Below the pieces are notes generated by a model. That model was not told where the DNA came from, did no database searches, and was given only the letters and a program-made list of their open reading frames with translations. From Octopus vulgaris (lineage: Eukaryota): a stretch of DNA of 64,000 nucleotides. Numbering within the stretch: position 1 is the stretch's first letter; the number at the start of each line of letters is the position of its first letter. The stretch lies in the NCBI GenBank assembly GCA_951406725.2, contig OX597836.1, forward strand, positions 13,082,001-13,146,000, in the 5' to 3' direction. Shown here in pieces: positions 24,866-38,190 of the stretch. The translations under genes and the position numbers were made by a program.

Positions 24866-27800
24866 TTTATGAATGACTTGACACCAAGGTTTGTCTTTAG
24901 AATAAAGAAGACGCATGTGCAAACGAGTGTTATAGCTACTACTATTTACTACAAGTGAACTGCTACAGTGTTGAGTCGCGTGTTTTTGGGTCTCCTAAAA
25001 CTGGTAAGTTTTGAGGTTTTTCATTTATTTTTATTTTTTTTACATCCACAATGATACGAGTTTATAGCATCCACATTCTGATAAATTTCCTCAAAATGGC
25101 AAAAACTAAATAACTTACGACCGGACGAAATAATGTGCAGTACGTATATCGAAATTTCGCCAGAGACCGGGTCAAACGCTTTAGTGTGGTTAAGCTGAAG
25201 GAAAATATTTTACAGGCATTTAGCTGGTATTTCTAGCGAAGCTGAGCAGATTGGAATTGAAAAGAAAAAAGATGGAAAACTGAAATCTAACGGGTGGGGG
25301 TGACTTTTTCAGAACAAAAAAAAAAAAAAAAGTGTGGTTAAGCTGAAGGAAAATATTTTACAGCTGGTATTTTTACAGCTGGTATTTCTAGCGATTGTGT
25401 AAGCTTGACGTGCAACACTTGGTCGAAGCACATGAGGCGAAATCGCGTGATTTGCAGTGGTCTTGTAACGAAAGATCGCCCCAGGCATTTAGCTGTTATT
25501 TCTAGCGATTGTGTAAGCTGAGCAGATTGGAATTGAAAAGAAAAAAGAAAGAAAACTGAAATCTAACGGGTGGGGGTGACTGTTTCAGAACAAAAAACAA
25601 AACAAAAAAAAGTGTGGTTAAGTTGAAGGAAAATATTTTACAGGCATTTAGCTGGTATTTCTAGCGATTGTGTAAGCTTGACGTGCAACACTTGGTCGAA
25701 GCACATTAGGCGAAATCGCGTGCTTTGTAGTGGTCTTGTAACGAAAGATCGCCCCAGGCATTTAGCTGTTATTTCTAGCGATTGTGTAAGCTTGACGTGC
25801 AACACTTGGTCGAAGCACATTAGGCGAAATCGCGTGCTTTGTAGTGGTCTTGTAACGAAAGATCGCCCCCAGGCATTTAGCTGTTATTTCTAGCGATTGT
25901 GTAAGCTTGACGTGCAACACTTGGTCGAAAGCACATTAAACGAAATCGTGTATAATTTGTAGTGGTCTTGTAACAAAGATCGCCTTCGTTACAAGATCAC
26001 TACAAATCACACGCGATTTCGTTCTGAAAAAGTCACCACCCGTTAGATTTCAGTTTTCTTTTTTCTTTTCAATTCTAATGTACTCAGCCTACGCAAACTC
26101 ACCTACCTACCTACCTACCTATATTTCTCTCTATCCGACTCCATTGTCTTGGAATCTCACCCCTCCCCTCAAAACAATGTTTTCTTATGGAAAACTCCCC
26201 ACCCCAAATCAATGTTATCTTTCTGGAAAAAACCCCGCCAAATCATCTGAGTTGAAATGAAAGTTAGTATAAAGAAGACGCATGCGCAAACGAGTGAGTG
26301 GCGGGTTTTTGAACAAGTGTTGAGTGGCGTGTTTTTGGGTCTCCTAAAACTGGTAAGTTTTGAGGTTTTTTATTTATTTATATTTTTTTACATCCACAAT
26401 GAAACGAGTTTATAGCATCCACATTCTGATAAATTTCCTGAAAATGGCAAAAACTAAATAAGTTACGAGATAATGTGCAGTACGTATATCGAAATTTCGC
26501 CAGAGACCGGGTCGATAAGCTGAAGGAAAATATTTTACAGGCATTTAGCTGTTATTTCTAGCGATTGTGTAAGCTGAGCAGATTGGAATTGAAAAGAAAA
26601 AAGAAAGAAAACTGAAATCTAACGGGTGGGGGTGACTGTTTCAGAACAAAAGCAAAACAAAAAAAAGTGTGGTTAAGTTGAAGGAAAATATTTTACAGGC
26701 ATTTAGCTGGTATTTCTAGCGATTGTGTAAGCTTGACGTGCAACACTTGGTCGAAGCACATTAGGCGAAATCGCGTGATTTGTAGTGGTCTTGTAACGAA
26801 AGATCGCCCCAGGCATTTAGCTGTTATTTCTAGCGATTGTGTAAGCTTGACGTGCAACACTTGGTCGAAGCACATTAGGCGAAATCGCGTGATTTGTAGT
26901 GGTCTTGTAACGAAAGATCGCCCCAGGCATTTAGCTGTTATTTCTAGCGATTGTGTAAGCTTGACGTGCAACACTTGGTCGAAGCACATTAGGCGAAATC
27001 GCGTGAGTTGTAGTTATCTTGTAACGAAAGATCGCCACCGGTGGTCGACATGTAGATGCGAGAGACGGGGTCAGACCGGGTCAAAAATCAACCACGTGTT
27101 TATTTCGACGCCTTTTCTCTGATTGGTTGCCCGGGTCAGACGCTTTCGGAAATTCACGCATCTTTTTAGTCTAATTCGTTTAGAGGAAATTGTTTTACAC
27201 GTATTACACTATTTTTTTTGTGTTTGTTTTTATGACCGGTTCCTATCTGCCCAGCTTACGCAATCGCTAGAAATAACAGCTGGAACTTGATTTTTACTAA
27301 ACTTAACGACGCTTTCTTTCCCCACTGAAAAAAGGTTTTCTTTCCCCGTGAAGTAACAATTTTTTCTGTCTGTCTTCTCTTTTCGGTTTGAACGGCAGTT
27401 TTTAACATAATTTCTAGGTAAGTAAACACTTCTAAACTTCGTATACTGGTAGAATGTGTTTATAAAACATCTTTTTCTCTTGGCTTTATTGAGAAAATTC
27501 TATAGTTTACTCTTTTACTTGTTTCAGTCATTTTGACTGCGGCCATGCTGGAGCACCGCCTTTCGTCGAACAAATCGACCCCGGGACTTATTCTTTGTAA
27601 GCCCAGTACTTATTCTATCGGTCTCTTTTGCCGAACCGCTAAGAGACGGGGACGTAAACACACCAGCATCGGTTGTCAAGCAATGCTAGGGGGACAAACA
27701 CACACACACACATATATATATATACATACATATATACGACAGGCTTCTTTCAGTTTCCGTCTACCAAATCCACTCACAAGGCATTGGTCGGCCCGGGGCT

Positions 27801-28095
27801 ATAGCAAAAGACACTTGCCCAAGATGCCACGCAGTGGGACTGAACCCGTAACCATGTGGTTGGTTAGCAAGCTACTTACCACACAGCCACTCCTGCGCCT
27901 AGTTTGTAAGATATTTGTTGTTTTTTTCTTTCTTCAATTTCTGCAATTTCAACCAATCAATGACGTCTATTGAGGTAACCAACATTCTGTGCCGTATGAA
28001 CATGTCCCTCGTTTAAAAAACAGATTGGGTTTATTTAATTTGTTATAATTAAGAAAAAAAGATACCCTCCCCCCCCCCTAACCCTAAAACAGATT
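20050..28095. repeat. Segmental duplication copy B
   Basis: Near-identical, same-orientation copy of 1-14540 lacking the 617-bp array. Confidence 0.92.
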
Positions 28096-30698
28096 GAAAT
28101 GCAATAGATCGATACTAGGGTCATAATTATGGGTGACAATTTCATATGACACCGCTAGAAAAAACTCCCTATTTCCAATTCCAGTCTTCCCAGCTTACGC
28201 AATAAACATATTAAAAAATTTTTTCCATCACCAATTAAGCTGACTCATTATTTAAAAAAAAAAATAAATAAATAGGTGATCGAATTCCTTACTCTTCTAC
28301 TCTTCTACTTGTTTCAGTCATTTGACTGCGGTCATGCTGGAGCACCACCTTTAATCGAGCAACTCGACCCCGGGACTTATTCTATCGGTCTCTTTTGCCG
28401 AACCGCTAAGTGACGGGGACATAAACACACCAGCATCGGTTGTCAAGCAATGCTAGGGGGACAAACACAGACACACAAACACACACACGCATATATATAT
28501 ATATATACATATATACGACGGGCTTCTTTCAGTTTCCGTCTACCAAATCCACTCACAAGGCTTTGGTCGGCCCGAAGCTATAGTAGAAGACACTTGCCCA
28601 AGGTGCCACGCAGTGGGGCTGAACCCGGAACCATGTGGTTGGTAAACAAGCTACTTACCACACAGCCACTCAGTTAAGTAAAAGAAACTGTGACACGAAA
28701 TAAGAAAAGGATGGAGCGGCAGATCACAGTGGGAAAGTCTATTCACGTTCAGACTGTCATCCGCCACCAGCGATTCCATCCGTAGACCCCTTATATCCTT
28801 AAGCTTTGGCATCTATTTTCCCCAGATTCCGACTCTTCATGATGGAAACAAAATAGGGAAATGAGTAAAAATTATTTTAAAATTTTGTAAATTTTTTGGA
28901 GTTAACACCCGGACGATTTTCACTAAAAAAAGAAAAAAATTGGATTATTTGCATAGAATCAAGCACCCCATACTCCTAATGTGCTGCAAATCCTTTATTT
29001 TTGTTCGGAAATAAAGGAGGGGGTGTCAGAACCCCCTCCCCCCATCCAGGAATCATTGTTGAAAAATTTTTTTTTTTTTTCGTTGAATGAATTCCTGTGA
29101 CATCCTAATATGCTACGAAACCCTTTTGGGGTTCCCAAAAAACTGAGTGGGGTGTGGTGGAAGCCCCGGAAATTTTGGTAAATTTTAATATCAACATCCG
29201 CACGATTTTCACTATGAAAAAAAAGAAAAAAAAATCGGATTTTTTTGCGTGGAATCAAATACCCTGACATCCTGATATACTGCAAATCCCTTATTTTGGT
29301 TCAGAAGAAGGGTGGGGGCGAAGGGGAGATCCCCGTCAATTCCGGAATCACTGAAAAAATTTTTTTTTTGTCGTTGAATGAATTCCTGTGACCTCCTAAT
29401 ATGCTACAAAACCCTTTTGGGGGTCCGAAAAACGTGGTGGGATGAGGTGGAATCCTCAGAAATTTCGCCCCCACACCCCATTGGTCTTTTCGCCCGCACG
29501 ATTTTCGCCAAGGAAAAAAAAAAAATTAAAATCACGCCCAAACTAATTAGGTGGGGAGGGGGAAGAAAGACCAACGATTTAAAATAAATATATCTCACTT
29601 GTTGTGTGAGAAAGTATATATATTCTGATGATAAAATATAATATCTTTCAAAAAACATCCAAAATTTATAGACTTGTGTGAGTTTTAAGAGGAAGAAAAA
29701 AAAAACGTTTGTAACGGTTAAGATTTTAGTTAAAGTCGAGGGTCACCAATTGTAGTGGGAGAAATTGATTAGTAAACAATATAATGAAATGTCAGAGTCA
29801 GCAGTTGCAACGATAAAAATTTGTTATAATTGCATACTGTAGAATGTGAAAGATGAACAATGCATGAAATTTGAAGGAAATATTTATTTACCGTTACGTT
29901 GAAAAATACCATATCTCGATGGGTAGGTTATGATAAATCCAAAAAGTTTGTGTTTGTGCCCTCTTCATTGTTTTGTAGTGATTACAGAGAGAGAGATAGA
30001 ATGATGCTGTAAAATCTCAAATTTTATTTAATTTGCTTTGCGGAAGCAACTGTTTTATCGAAAGCGTATATTGTAGTTAAATGCTCAAAATACGAGACTA
30101 GAGAAACAGCCAACAACTGATGAAGGGTCATTCTTTGCTTTGTTTTCCATTTGTGTCTTTCGTTCTTCGAAAGAATAGTTCATGTTCCATGTACTCGTGC
30201 TTTGTACTTTTTTGTTGTACACGTTTCATGACGGTCTGTGCCCACATATGCATATCACGAAACCGGTATGCTTTTAAATCTCTTTAACAATTCACAATAA
30301 TGACTTTTATTACTTTTATTTCTACCTCAGTTCATCTAATTGTATATATCTATCGTTACTTTTCATAAAAAGCCTTTACTTTTTTTTAATTTCCAAGAGG
30401 AAGTGTTAGTTTTTACATGTGTGTGTGTGTATACATATATATGTACATATGTGTGTGTGTATACATATATATGTACATATGTGTGTGTGTATACATATAT
30501 ACATACATATATTTATTTAATTTCTCATTGTGTTCGACGTTGTTTTGGTGTCCTGTACCCATATATGCATGTATATATACATATCGATGTGGGTACGTAC
30601 ATATATTTATGTATATATGCATATGTTTTATTTATTATTTTGTTATTATATATATATACATATATATACAACTTATATGTTGTAAATATAAGAGATGC

Positions 30699-31340
30699 GT
30701 GCTTATAGTGATAAATTATGTGGTTATGGACGATGTGTCTAGTTTCGGCATATTTGGCTTTAGAAATTTTTTTCTTTTACCTTTCTTTATAAGTTGTTTC
30801 TAAATTTAACCTTTAAAGGTATTTTTCTAATAAGCTAACCATTGATAAAATTTTTTGGAAAAAATTTTATCCTATATTAGATGTAAATTCAATAGTGTTC
30901 ACTTCTGGACTCTCTCAATCTACGAAAGTTTTCAGTTCGAATTTCACGTGTCTCGAATGGGGTAGAGAATTTCTATTTTGGATATATTTGGGGTACTTAA
31001 TTGTGCTCATGAGTTAGTGTTTGCTTCTTCCATGGGTATAAGTAAGTATTTCATTTATTTCTTTGCCGCATTTATCACTGATGAAGAGAAGGTTCTTATG
31101 AATTAACTCTGAAATCGGGTCCGATATGATAACGGAATTTTTTAGAAAATTCTGTCGGCTTTCTTCGAGACACATGCTTATAGTGATAAATTATATGGTT
31201 ATAGACGATGTGTCTAGTTTCGGCATATTTGGCATTAGAAATTTTTTTCTTTTGCCCTTGTTTATATGTTGTTTATAAATTTAACCTTTAAAAGTATTTT
31301 TTAATATGCTGGCCATTGATAAATTTTTTCAAAAAAATTT
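30699..31340 (+). mobile_element. Penelope pLTR / retrozyme-like repeat, ~475-bp unit with ~165-bp terminal redundancy, containing the hammerhead
   Basis: gcttatagtgataaatt...aaaaaattt at 30701 recurs at 31176; AT-microsatellite flanks. Confidence 0.65.
31066..31135 (+). ncRNA. Type I hammerhead ribozyme motif, intact core
   Basis: Stem I TTATCA/TGATAA (extended CCG/CGG after a bulge), CTGATGA, stem II AGAG/CTCT, GAAA, stem III TCGG/CCGA, AUA cleavage triplet (after 31126). Confidence 0.8.
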
Positions 31341-31366
31341 GATTTATATATATTATTTTCCAGATC

Positions 31367-31406
31367 ATGAACATTCTTCGGAACTGTTTGTTTTTAGTGT
31401 GTATTT
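31367..31406 (+). CDS. Putative GPI-anchored Ig-like protein, coding exon 1 (signal peptide MNILRNCLFLVCI)
   Basis: Acceptor ttttccag ends at 31363, atcATG, hydrophobic core, phase-1 donor T|GTGAGT. Confidence 0.7.
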
Positions 31407-31511
31407 GTGAGTATTTTATTTTCTTTATTTCGTTTTTTTCTTTTTTTATTTTATTTTTCTGTTAACATTTATTTTTCTACTAAAAATAATTGTTTCAATT
31501 ATCATTTACAC

Positions 31512-32035
31512 CAGTGGTTCTCAGCTGTGGTCCATGTGAGACTTTTAGGGGTCACGTGCAAGCAAAATAGTAAACTGGGGATCTACAGTAATATTTTAAG
31601 TGTCTGTGAAAAAATATTTTGCTTCAGATGTATTCGCTGCAAGAAATGTTTAAGTTTCTTTCCCCAACATTTTACATAGTTCACCCTACACAGGCCAACA
31701 CCTGTTTTACGTACAAACCAGCCAGATCAGGTCCCTCACATCTACCCTACAATGTCAACCTAAAAATAAACGATCACATTATATTAATCTAGAAGCTATA
31801 AGATAATTTCTGATTAATTCAAAACAGTGTGAATAAATAAGCATTACATTTGAGACAGAATAAGCTAAACCCTAAAGATTTAATATGTTAAATTAGGGGT
31901 TTTGAAAAAAGCATCTATAAAATTTGTTTTTAAGCTACAAGTGGCAACGGTGGGGGGGGGGGCATCAACCAGAATCAAATAATAATCAAAGGGGTCCATA
32001 GGCAAAAAAAAAGGGAGTGGGGCTGAGAACCACTG
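31512..32035. mobile_element. hAT (Charlie-like) MITE
   Basis: TIR CAGTGGTTCTCAGC/GCTGAGAACCACTG; imperfect 8-bp TSD atttacac/atttatat. Confidence 0.75.
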
Positions 32036-33295
32036 ATTTATATCATTTTCAGGAATAGATTTTTCTGCTTGTTTTTTCGTTTTTGCTTTCATAGGTGCAA
32101 GAGTGGCTGTGTGGTAAGTTGCTTGCTTACGAACCACATGGTTCCGGGTTCAGTCCCACTGCATGGCACCTTGGGCGTCGTCTACTGTAGCCTCAGGCCG
32201 ACCAATGCCTTGTGAGTGGATTTGGTAGATGGAAACTGAAAAGAAGCTCATCATATATATGTATATATATATTTGTGTGTGTGTCTGTGTTTGTCACCCC
32301 AACATCGCTTGACAACTGATGCTGGTGTGTTTACGTCCCCGTGACTTAGCGGTTCGGCAAAAGAGTAAGATAGAATTAAGTTCTAGGCTTACAACGAATA
32401 AGTCCTGGGGTTGATTTGCTCGACTAAAGGCGGTGCTCCAGCATGGCTGCAGTCAAATGACTGAAACAAGTAAAAGAGAGAAATACCTAATGTTTATTTA
32501 TTCATCATGTTTATTTATTTATGGTCATATTAGAACGGTGCTTGTATCCTCATCATCATCATTGTTTTGATGTGAGGTCCATTCGTCTGTGACGTACATG
32601 ACTGTCAGATACAAAGATTATTAAGTGTCTGAGATGTAATTTTCGACTGTTTTCAAAAATTGTACTGATTCATTGTTCACAATAAAGTTTAAGTATCCGG
32701 GCAAGAATTAAGGAAAAAATTTTTGGAAAGATCCCAAAGAATGTGACTCGAGTGTTGCAGGAATATTTGGCAGTTCCAAAAGACCAAAGAATCAAAACCA
32801 GATTGTTAGATTGTGACGATCAAGATTTTGTTAGCAATCACTGACCTCTGCGCACATAAACGCGAGTACTGTCCAAATCTCCAACCAATTGCATACAGCT
32901 AGCTGGCATTCAATTGGCATATCAAGTTTCAGGTGTTTTGATTGGGTTTTGGATAGAAAATTCACAAAAAAGTCACTTCTATTGATTTTTAAATGGCTTT
33001 GCGGGGTGACTGGGGAAATGTAAAGATGTGCACGACCACCCTTGGATGGTTTTGAATGACCATAGAAAGTGTGAGCCCTCTAGCTGAAAAATTGTCGATT
33101 TGTATAAAGGACACACACACAGACATTTTGCCGTTTATATATAGAGAGATTTGTGGGGTGACTGGGGTAATGTAAAGATGTGCATGACCACCCTTGGACG
33201 GTTTTGAATGACCATAGAAAGTGTGAGCCCTCTAACTAAAAAATTGTGGATTTGTATAAAGGACACACACACAGACATTTTGCCGTTTATATATA

Positions 33296-33728
33296 TGGGC
33301 AGAGCATGTCTCCAGAATGGAGAACCATCGCCTTCCAAAGATTGCCCTGTTTGTCGAACTCTCCACTGGCCACTGTGTGAGAGGAGCTCCGAGGAGGCGC
33401 TACAAAGACTGCCTCAAGAAGTCTCTAACAGCATGTCATATTAACCACCAATGCTGGTCAGACCTGGCTGCGGACTGTGATGTCTGGTGCCACACAATCT
33501 TCAACGCAGTCAGCAAGTTTGAGGAACAAAGAAGAGACGTACTTAAAGACAAGAGACGCAGGAGGAAGGCGCGAGCTGCCTCTGACACCACACCGGATGT
33601 TACCTCCATCTGTGGACACTGCACATGGACCTGCCTTTCCCATATCATACTTGTCAGTGATGAGTGTGCATGCACGCAACGTGGACAGCCTTCCTGATCT
33701 TCGTTTGCGAAGCCAAGCCATGATGAAT
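33296..33728 (+). mobile_element. RTE-clade LINE 3' fragment
   Basis: MENHRLPKIALF.ELSTGH..RGAP.RRYKDCLKKSL and a decayed C-terminal CxxC zinc knuckle; short tgatga tail. Confidence 0.85.
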
Positions 33729-33799
33729 TACTAATCATTCTAACACAAATTGTTGATTAAAATCTGTTGATCAAAAATCATGTTTTCATCTTTTTACAG

Positions 33800-33838
33800 A
33801 CAAGGGAGTTGCGAAATCCTATAAAATCTTCCAAAATG
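33800..33838 (+). CDS. Putative GPI-anchored Ig-like protein, coding exon 2 (YKGVAKSYKIFQN)
   Basis: 39-nt exon, acceptor tttttacag, donor G|GTAAAT, phase 1/1; completes the signal peptide in frame. Confidence 0.65.
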
Positions 33839-35109
33839 GTAAATATATTTAAAAACCCTTTTTATCTTTTTGAACTAATTTTCAATTTTAAATTTTAAAT
33901 TTTAAATTTTATTTTCAATTCTGTCTTCTGTTTTTTACTCTTCACCACTCATAGTTTTTAATCACATTCTATCTTTATGTAGTGAGTGATGGACAAGGCT
34001 GGAGGTGCAGTTGATGGAAAATTTGAGTATGTAGAAGGGCTATGGTAAGAGAGAGAAGTTAAGGGAATAATGTAGGAGGGGTAGAGTGGGAGATATAGGG
34101 TTACATATGGGTGGCTACAGTGACTGGAGCATGATCATGGATATAAGAGGGAGCTGAGAATGAGGGTCGAGATGTGAGGTGTTAAGATGAAGTATGGCAG
34201 AGAAGGGAGATGAAGGCATAGAAAGGATCCGATCAGTGAAGATAGTATGGGAAAAGGAAGGAAGGATAATGGAAATAAGGAGTGGAAGTTGTTCTGGCAG
34301 AAGGAGGTCAGTGGTAGCGCAAAAGAAAACGGTGTGGAGTAATATGTGCCAATTCTGTTTCCAAGTGAATACAGCCACTGAGTAGTGCCATTGATAGAGG
34401 AGTGATGGAGAACTGGGTGTTAGAGGAATGAGATATGGGTAATGCTTGGAGGGGCAGAATGGGTTACAAGTATAAACAGAATCATCATCATCATCATTTA
34501 ACGTCTGTTTTCCATGCTAGCATGGGTTGGACGGTTCGACCGGGGTCTGGTAAGCAAGCCATGGAGGCTGCACCAGGCTCCAGTCTGATTTGGCAGTGTT
34601 TCTACAGCTGGATGCCCTTCCTAACGCCAACCACTCCCTGAGTGTAGTGGGTGCTTTTTATGTGCCACCAGCACAGGAGCCAGAGCAAGCTGGCAAACGG
34701 CCACGATCGGTTGGTGCTTTTACGTGTCACCGACATGGACGCCAGTCGGCGTCACTAGTAACTGCCATGCTCGAACGGTGCTTTTACGTGTCACCAGCAT
34801 GGGTGTCTTAACGAACTTGACTCAACAGGTCTCCTCAAGAACAGCGGGTCACTCTACGATCCAAGGTCAGCACAGCAGTCTGTCCTGCGAGCCATGAACT
34901 CACTGCATTTGTCGGGTCTTCAAAGTCAAAGCAATGTGAATAAATAAGCATTACATTTGAAAGAGTAATCTGAATATTAAAGGGTTAAAGTAGCCATAGT
35001 GAAAGAAAGTGGCAAGTCTCTGTGTGTGTGTGTGTGTGTGTGTGCAGTTAGGATATTGTCTTTTAATGTGATGGACAGGTCTTTGCGAGCACAGTGAATT
35101 GCCAATCAG

Positions 35110-35205
35110 CTCAGTCATTTGTCAATCATCTCAGTCATTTGTCAGTCATCTCAGTCATTTGTCAATCATCTCAGTCATTTGTCAATCAACTCAGTCATTT
35201 GTCAT
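35110..35205. repeat. 20-bp tandem repeat, about 5 copies
   Basis: (tcagtcatttgtcaatcatc)n. Confidence 0.9.
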
Positions 35206-36131
35206 CTCTTCTGTGAAGCTCAATCTTCACTTCTACGTCCCATGTTTTCCTCTTCTACAAGTTCCATCCACTTTAAGCACTTCTTGAAGCAGCTGCCTTC
35301 ATCCATACACATCACATGAACAAACCAGTCCAGTCTGTCTAAGATGTGTCGGAGTCTATTTCTAGCTAAGGAAATCTTTTGTTTCTGTTTCACTATCAAT
35401 TTGGGGTGGGATAAATACTCTCTTGATGAAGGGTAACTCTGTGGAGTAGATCCTCGTCATGTCATAAGATTTGTTGTGGTTGTTGTTATAGTTGCTGGTG
35501 CTTGTGTTGTGCCAATTGTTGTTGTTGTTATTGTTGTGGGTGATCTACTTCCTGTTATGTTTACTCTCTCTCTCTCTCAGTACTTTAGCTCTTTGTTTTC
35601 GATGCACACTGATATTGCCCATCCGATAAAGTATACTTGCTTTATTCTTTTCTAGTCCTTGCCTATCCTCTGCATTCAGGCTCCATGTCTCCCTACCATG
35701 TAGCATTGCCGATAACCGAGGTTATAACTTCCAGAACTTTCTCCATCCTATTCTTATTCTAGCAACTATATTTTCAGAACATTATTAATTAGGTCACCAA
35801 GGTAACAGAAGCTAATTATCGTGTCTCCTTAATATTCATCGCTCTTATGCATCTTTCACATGCAAACCCTAATTTCTGTGTTCACCTTCCTGTGAATCCA
35901 ATTCACCTCTTCTGTGTCCATAGCATTCATTGGGTGTATAACCTTTCCTACATGTTAAGCAGGATCGTTTACCTGATGGGTGTGAGGTCCTGTCTGTTTT
36001 CCCACTTACTAGAACTTTTGATTTTTGCCAAGTTAACTTTAAGGCCTTTTGATACCACGTTTTGCTTCCATACCTGAAATTTCTTTTCTAATTCCACTGC
36101 AGATTCCACTCTGAAAATGAGCTCATTAGCA

Positions 36132-36350
36132 CAGTGGTTTTCAACCAGGGTTCCACGGAACCTTAGGGTTCCGCCAGTACAGTCCAGGGGTTCTGCAAGA
36201 AGTTACAAAAATGCTAAAATCGACAGTAATTTTTAATTCTCCTGTGCAGATATGTGTGCATAAGACAATTAAATTATTGCACAGGGGTTCCTCGAGCCAG
36301 TGAAATATTTTCTTGGGGTTCCGCTCCAGCAAAAAGGTTGAAAAGCACTG
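36132..36350. mobile_element. hAT (Charlie-like) MITE
   Basis: TIR CAGTGGTTTTCAACC/GGTTGAAAAGCACTG; perfect 8-bp TSD CATTAGCA. Confidence 0.9.
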
Positions 36351-37565
36351 CATTAGCATATAGTAGTTCCCAAGGGCAGCTAGTATTAAATTCCTTTGTT
36401 GTGACCTAGAGGACAGTGATTAAGAAGACGGAACTGAGAACTGAGCTGTGGTGCACATGTAGATCTACCCAAAGTCCATTACTGTACTCTTCCATCAAAA
36501 TTTCTTGTAAATTTACGTTTGAAATACTTTCTTAATAATGACAAACTTCATCATCATCATCGTTTAACGTCCGCTTTCCATGCTAGCATGGGTTGGACGG
36601 TTCAACTGGGGTCTGGCAAGCCCGAAGGCTGCACCAGGCCCAGTCTTATCTGGCAGTGTTTCTACAGCTGGATGCCCTTCCTAACGCCAACCACTCCGAG
36701 AGTGTAGTGGGTGATTTTATGTGCCACCGACACAGGTGCCAGACGAGGCTGGCAGACGGTCACGCTCGAATGGTGTTTTTTATGTGCCACCGACACAGGT
36801 GCCAGACGAGGCTGGCAGACAGCCACGCTATTTGACTAAATTCTTCAGTGTTTTCAAAATTAATTTAACCCTTTTGATACCAACCCAGCTGAAACTGGCT
36901 CTGGCTCTGTAGTACAAATGTCTTGTTTTCCTAAATTTTGAATAAAAATCTTCCACTAAACCTTAGTCATAATTTATGTTCCTCACACAAGCTTAATGAT
37001 AACTAAGTTATTTTACTAAATTCTTTGTTATATTTAAAATTAATTGAAAGAAAGACAGAGCATCTCAAAATAAATACAGTAACGAAAGGGTTAAACAAAT
37101 GTAGTGTGCTTCAACAAGTATGGTAACAAAAGGGTTAAAGTGATCTAAATTAAAACCTTCCATAATTCTATGCTAATTTATATTCCAAGCCCCAGTTAAG
37201 TAATAACACTTATCTTAATTGAGACAAAGATGATGTATTCAAGGGCCCACCTGACTGATAGTACCCCTGTACATGGCTAGTTTGGCTTTCACAAGCCATG
37301 TACCTCTAGCTTCTTCAGAGACCACCTCATCCCAGAGTAGGAGAGCATGTGAAAGGCTCTCAGGCCTAACAAATGCCACCTACAATGGCTTACTTTTAGC
37401 TAAATACTTCTTTTGCATTTGTGTTTCTAAGAAGATGGCATCTGTATTACTTCTCCCTGGCACAAAACCAAAGAGCATGCGAGTGAGTGGCAGGTTCTAA
37501 CGACAATGAATCTGTTATGGGTGACTAAGTTGTATCCAATTCTACCTATTACTTCTTTATTTCAG

Positions 37566-37895
37566 AACCAGTGGAATTGGGACAAAGTGTACTTCTTAGC
37601 ACTGAAGAAATTCCTAATCTAAGAACTCCCTTTCACTGGAGTTGTGGAAACCGAAGGTATGAATGTGACAAAACATGCCTTGATCACAAAGATTTTAAAG
37701 TTACAAACCGTGGCAACAGTTCTACTTTCTGGATACGGAGTGTCACAAAAGAATGTTTAAAATGGAAATTCAATGTGGAACCTCGAACACTAATGGCGGA
37801 AACTCTAGGAACAATTGAAATACAGCTAAAGACTACTACTACTACTACTACTACTGATACTACTACTGCTGCTGCTGCTGCTACTACTACTTCAG
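37566..37895 (+). CDS. Putative GPI-anchored Ig-like protein, coding exon 3 (Ig-like domain + Thr/Ala stalk)
   Basis: Acceptor ttctttatttcag, 330 nt, phase 1/1 as in Ig-domain exons; PVELGQSVLL, FHWSC and NSSTFWIRSV resemble Ig strands A'/B, C and E; donor CAG|GTACTG. Confidence 0.78.
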
Positions 37896-37929
37896 GTACT
37901 GCTGCTGCTACTACTACTACTTATTATTG

Positions 37930-37976
<47 letters not shown>

Positions 37977-37981
37977 ACAAT

Positions 37982-38190
37982 CCTTTCTATTAAAGGTGCA
38001 CGGCCTGAAATTTTGTTGAGAAGGGACTAGTTGTTTACATCCACCCCCAATGTTTCACTGGTACTTAATTTATTGATCCCCGAAAGGATGAAAGGCAAAG
38101 TTGACCTCGGTGGAATTTGAACTCACAACATAACGCAGACGAAATACCGCTAAGCATTTCGCCCGGCGTGCTAACGTTTCTGCCAGCTTT
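37982..38190 (-). mobile_element. CORE-like SINE, third family (also ~48100-48335, 48625-48770, 53890-53990 minus; 60545-60685 plus)
   Basis: Minus strand reads gagttcaaattcc...ctttgcctttcatcctttcgggg...aagtaccag. Confidence 0.7.

Larger units (their letters stand above)
34482..37497 (-). mobile_element. Decayed, interrupted RTE LINE within intron 2 of the Ig-like gene
   Basis: Collinear minus-strand fragments: FGFVPGRSNTDAIF (~37470), PWELLYANEL (decayed YADD, split by a MITE), KGLKVNLAKIK, IVARIRIGWRKF, RLDWFVHVMCMDE (~35330), then 3' UTR with (GAT)n tail at 34482. Confidence 0.75.

Noticed and set aside
37896-37993. Poly-Tyr C-terminus of ORF 37571-37993
   Set aside because: Better explained as intronic (ATT)n after the donor at 37896.
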